Part shown: positions 60,201 to 64,000 of the stretch, one piece after another
How the letters are laid out: every line of letters begins with the position of its first letter
How positions within the stretch are numbered: the stretch's first letter is position 1
Source of the DNA: Octopus vulgaris
Lineage: Eukaryota
NCBI GenBank assembly: GCA_951406725.2
Contig: OX597824.1
Span: 99,634,001 to 99,698,000 of the forward strand
Length of the DNA stretch: 64,000 bases
Direction of reading: 5' to 3'
Position numbers and translations under genes: made by a program
Notes under the pieces: generated by a model
Told to the model about the DNA's origin: nothing
The model's database searches: none
Seen by the model: only the letters and a program-made list of their open reading frames with translations

Positions 60201-61365
60201 AGGTGGGTGTAGGTGGAGGAGCTTATGCTTCTGCCTCAACACTTCCTTGTCCTACTGGGGTAGCCAAGTCACAACTTCATGGGTGCTGCTGCCATGTAAA
60301 ATGCACCTGTACTGGTGCCACATAAGCACTTCATAAAAAAGTTCCCATACTGGTATCTTGTAAAAAATCACCTGTGCTGGCACCACATAAAATAGTGCCT
60401 GTGCTGGCACCTTGTAAAGAAGCACCCAGTACACTCTAATGATGATAAAAATACTTGGGCCTTCATGCAAAAAATTGTGAATTTTCTCAACTAGTTCTGA
60501 TGTTCCTTTCTTTCTTGCACCTCTTATTGTCACTCACCTCCTCTCTATTGTCCTTGAACCTCTTGTTCTGGCATAAAACAGATGCTCGTCTCAGACAAGT
60601 TAATCCATAAGCAGTCTGAAGAGTTTCATAAGTTTCTGTAGTGTATGTGTGTGTGCGTGTTCATCCGTCTCCAGTTTGCATAGCAAGCTTCCAGATTTAT
60701 TTACATCCTGATTGCATTCTGCAAACTAGTCACCTGTAACAAGCAATGTTTGGTGGAGTGTGTTCAAAGTGTTGTTATCAAACAAGATCTTATCAAACTC
60801 TCCAACTTCTTCAATCTGGAATAAAAATTAAAAAAAGAGTTGGCAGGTCAGCTTATTAGATATATGAAGTAGTGATGAGAGACCAAAATTACAATAATCT
60901 AGGACAGTTATAACTGCCTCTCTTAAAAAAAGTCTCAAAACTCTGGAATTCCCCTCGTAGTAGATTGGCTGGATAGCAGAGGAATAATCTCAGTAAATAT
61001 TGGATGCGATTCAGAGGGTGTCCTTGTCCAAGATGATAGTCTCTGGCTAACAAAACTATACTAACACCTTTTCACCAATCAAACACCAAAGAGGAATAGG
61101 ATTAGTTCCAGCCCAGCTCAGCTTTTCAATCTCATTTTCCATTTAGGTCTAGAGATTTTAACACTAGTAAGAAGTTAAGCTGGGGCCCTAGTTTAAATAT
61201 TTACAACAGAGTGGATCCCACTAAGAGCACGCTATAATAATAATAATAATGATGATGAATTCTTACATTAACCCGAAATGTGTAGGGGTTATCATCATTT
61301 AACGTCCATTTTCCATACTGGCATGGTGTTAGTTAGAGACAATTCAAGAACATTATTATTATTAT

Positions 61366-61399
<34 letters not shown>

Positions 61400-62167
61400 T
61401 CTTCGCTATTTACCCAAATCAACAAAACATGAAGGGACTTAAATACTTTGTCTAGTGTTATTGATTTTACAAGTCCTTGAAATTAATATCTGACTTTGGT
61501 ACAAAGCCACAACTTTTGTGAAGGGTTTTTAGTTAATTCAATCATAGCTGTTGGGTATTTTATTTACTCTGAAAGGATGAAATATAGAGTTGACTACAGC
61601 AGGATTTGAACTCAGAATGTAAAGAGATACAACTAAATAAAGAATTCTCTCACACACCACTCTAACAGTGATTTCTTTGGCATAAGGTCAGCTGTTTTGA
61701 GGGGAGGGATTAGTTAACACCTCCAGTTCCAGTGCTTGATGCAGGAGGGATGAAAGCTACTGAATTGCAAACCCACTAATTAATGCTTCCTCGTGTTACT
61801 CCTTCCTATTCCTTCAGTGTGGTGCTGACCAGCATGATTTCTGTGGTGATGTTGTCTGCATACATTGACACAGCCTTCTTGTATCCTAGATGAAATGGGA
61901 TGCCCCTCAACACCTCTTCTGCAACACTGGCTCGTGAGATAAAATATGTTGGAGCAATGTGAAAGGACATGGATTAAGCATGAGATTTGAAATGGTTTTG
62001 ACCAGTGGCCATTTAGTCTGGTTACAGAACAAAAAAGCTTCTTGACATTGAAGGGACCCAACCTACAAACAAAATCAAAACTAGTTGCACTGAATACTGA
62101 TAGGCAAATTTGTCTAAAGCTTTGGATTGATCCGAATGGATCAGAGCTTCATAAAAACCATATTTAA

Positions 62168-62376
62168 CCCTTTCATTATCGTATTTATTTTGAGATGCTC
62201 TGTGTTTCTTTCAATTAATTTTAAATATAACTGAGAATTTAGTCAAATAACTTAGTTATCATTAAGCTAGTGTTAGAAACATAAATTGTGACTAAAGTTT
62301 GGTGGAAGATTTATGAAAATGAGACATTTGTACTTCAGAGCGAGTGGTGGTTTCAGTCGGGTTGTTAACAAAAGGG
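62168..62376. mobile_element. piggyBac-like MITE
   Basis: TTAA|CCCTTT ... AAAGGG|TTAA termini. Confidence 0.8.
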
Positions 62377-62727
62377 TTAATAGTCATCTACTTTGGGATG
62401 TATTGCTTGAGGAAAGAGATGGTTGTGAATAGATCTGCCAGGAATCCTGCACATCTACATGCTCCTAACCACATTACTAACAAGCACCATGTACCATGGC
62501 CAAAATCTTAAATTCTGAGCTCAGAGTTATGGGCCAGAAATCATTAGTGCCCCTTTCCTCAGCTAACACAATTGTCAATGTTCCCTGTCAACTACACTTC
62601 ACCCCCGCTGCACCATACCAATACTCCACCCCACCGCACTACACCCTGCCTTAAAGTTGGTGAAAATAATCAAAAATGATGAATCAAATTTCTTCATTTG
62701 AAATGTCAATATTTTTGTTTGTTTTAG

Positions 62728-62773
62728 AAATACTTCTGTAAAAGAGCTGGCAAATAATCTCATTGAATTTGAG
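62728..62773 (+). CDS. Selenoprotein L-like gene, coding exon 4 (RNTSVKELANNLIEFE), 46 nt; gene continues past the window
   Basis: T-rich ttttag acceptor, GAG|gtaatg donor, phase 2-0. Confidence 0.75.
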
Positions 62774-64000
62774 GTAATGCATGACATTTTTGTAGCATTT
62801 CTTTAACATTTTTTTAATTTTACTAATATATATATATAATTTATATTATTATTTCATTGAATACCACGCATCCATTTCTAAGTAAGTTTCTCTCTCTCGT
62901 TGCTCACACGTGACTATCATCCATCTTTCTTTTCCTGCACGACTTTCTAAGGACTGGACATCTATCTTTTCCCTTTTCAAAGAAAATATTTCATCCAGCA
63001 TTTACTATTTTCCTCTCGTTCTGGTCTAATGACCCTCCATGTTTGTTTTCATTAAGTTTCCTTGTATGTCTTCACTGTCCTGTTTTTGTTCCCAACTTTG
63101 AGCCTCCATAAATCCAAAATTTTATTTTGGAATTTATGGAAGCAACTGTCTTCGAAGATTCATATTGCCGTTGAATGAGGAGCAGATAGACAGTCAACAA
63201 CTGATGAAGGGTCGTTCTTTGTGTTACTTGTCCTATTTTCCATGTTTTTTTTTTTGTCTCGTTGTTTGCGTATTTAACTCATTTGTATGCATGCTTCATG
63301 TTGTTATATCTATGCACACACACATACATACACGCTAATATCAAACAGTGATAATGAGTGTTCAACACTAGTCAATAAATCTTTATCTGTGGGTTAAGAA
63401 GGCTACCAATGATTTCACGTAAAAAGAAATCTCTTATCAATTTTCGAGCCTGTCACATGGAAACGCTAGTGCTCATCCCCATTTTGGAAAAACGAGACTG
63501 TGTGGAATTTCAGGATGAATAAATATACAGATCATGGAAAGTAACTTATAAAGAAATCTTAATTCCTGTCTCCCTTCTTGAATCATTTTATGTGAGAACG
63601 CTTGTGCACATCCAAATTTATAAAAAAACATTACGTATATGTGTACATGCACATCCATACAAAACATGCAGTTCCTTGTGAATATCCCAGGGCTAATGCA
63701 GGGGAGGCAACAACTAAGATTTCCTTACAAGTTACGTCCCGTGATATAATAATAATAATAATTGTGTACAGTGCTCAGGTGCACTATAATATGTATATTA
63801 TCTTCCTCAAAATCTTGTATTCTCATCCAAAATGGAGACAAATACCAATATTCCTGTGGCTACCATTAGTAGCCTTGTTAATCCACAACTAAAGTATGTA
63901 TATATATGACGGATTCTCTTGTCATGAACGATAGATGTGGGTTCAGTAAAATATTGTGTTAATAAAATAAAATGTTCTATGGGCACGAATGTGTCTCTTG

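Noticed and set aside
63440-63482. Minus-strand GATGAGC...GCTCGAAA hammerhead-like motif
   Set aside because: Core lacks CU and flanking stems are not evident; at most a decayed repeat
62774-64000. Further SelL-like exon or SECIS in the last 1.2 kb
   Set aside because: No acceptor followed by an EW.xFL-like frame was found; the region looks like intronic repeat

Overview
AT-rich, repeat-dense animal genomic DNA, not prokaryotic. The RTE-LINE and tRNA-SINE repertoire, with (GAT)n tails and the motif CCAACCCATGCTAGCATGG, points to an octopus/coleoid cephalopod (inference). The window is dominated by a complete minus-strand Sec23 (COPII coat) gene: 19 coding exons from ATG 54335 to TGA 7399, 2313 nt, 770 aa, all introns GT-AG, plus a probable non-coding first exon ending at 56344. 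About 220 bp away and head-to-head starts a spliced plus-strand gene that the ORF track mostly misses. Four phase-compatible exons (56564-62773) give 109 aa resembling the N-terminal half of selenoprotein L (SelL); the diagnostic UxxU motif and SECIS would lie beyond the window. Introns hold RTE, R4/Dong and CR1/Jockey-like LINE remnants, mariner and hAT remnants, two intact MITEs, tRNA-SINEs, a near-perfect 33-bp x 20.5 tandem array, several palindromes and degenerate Penelope-type hammerhead motifs. Family assignments come from recalled motifs; no searches were run.
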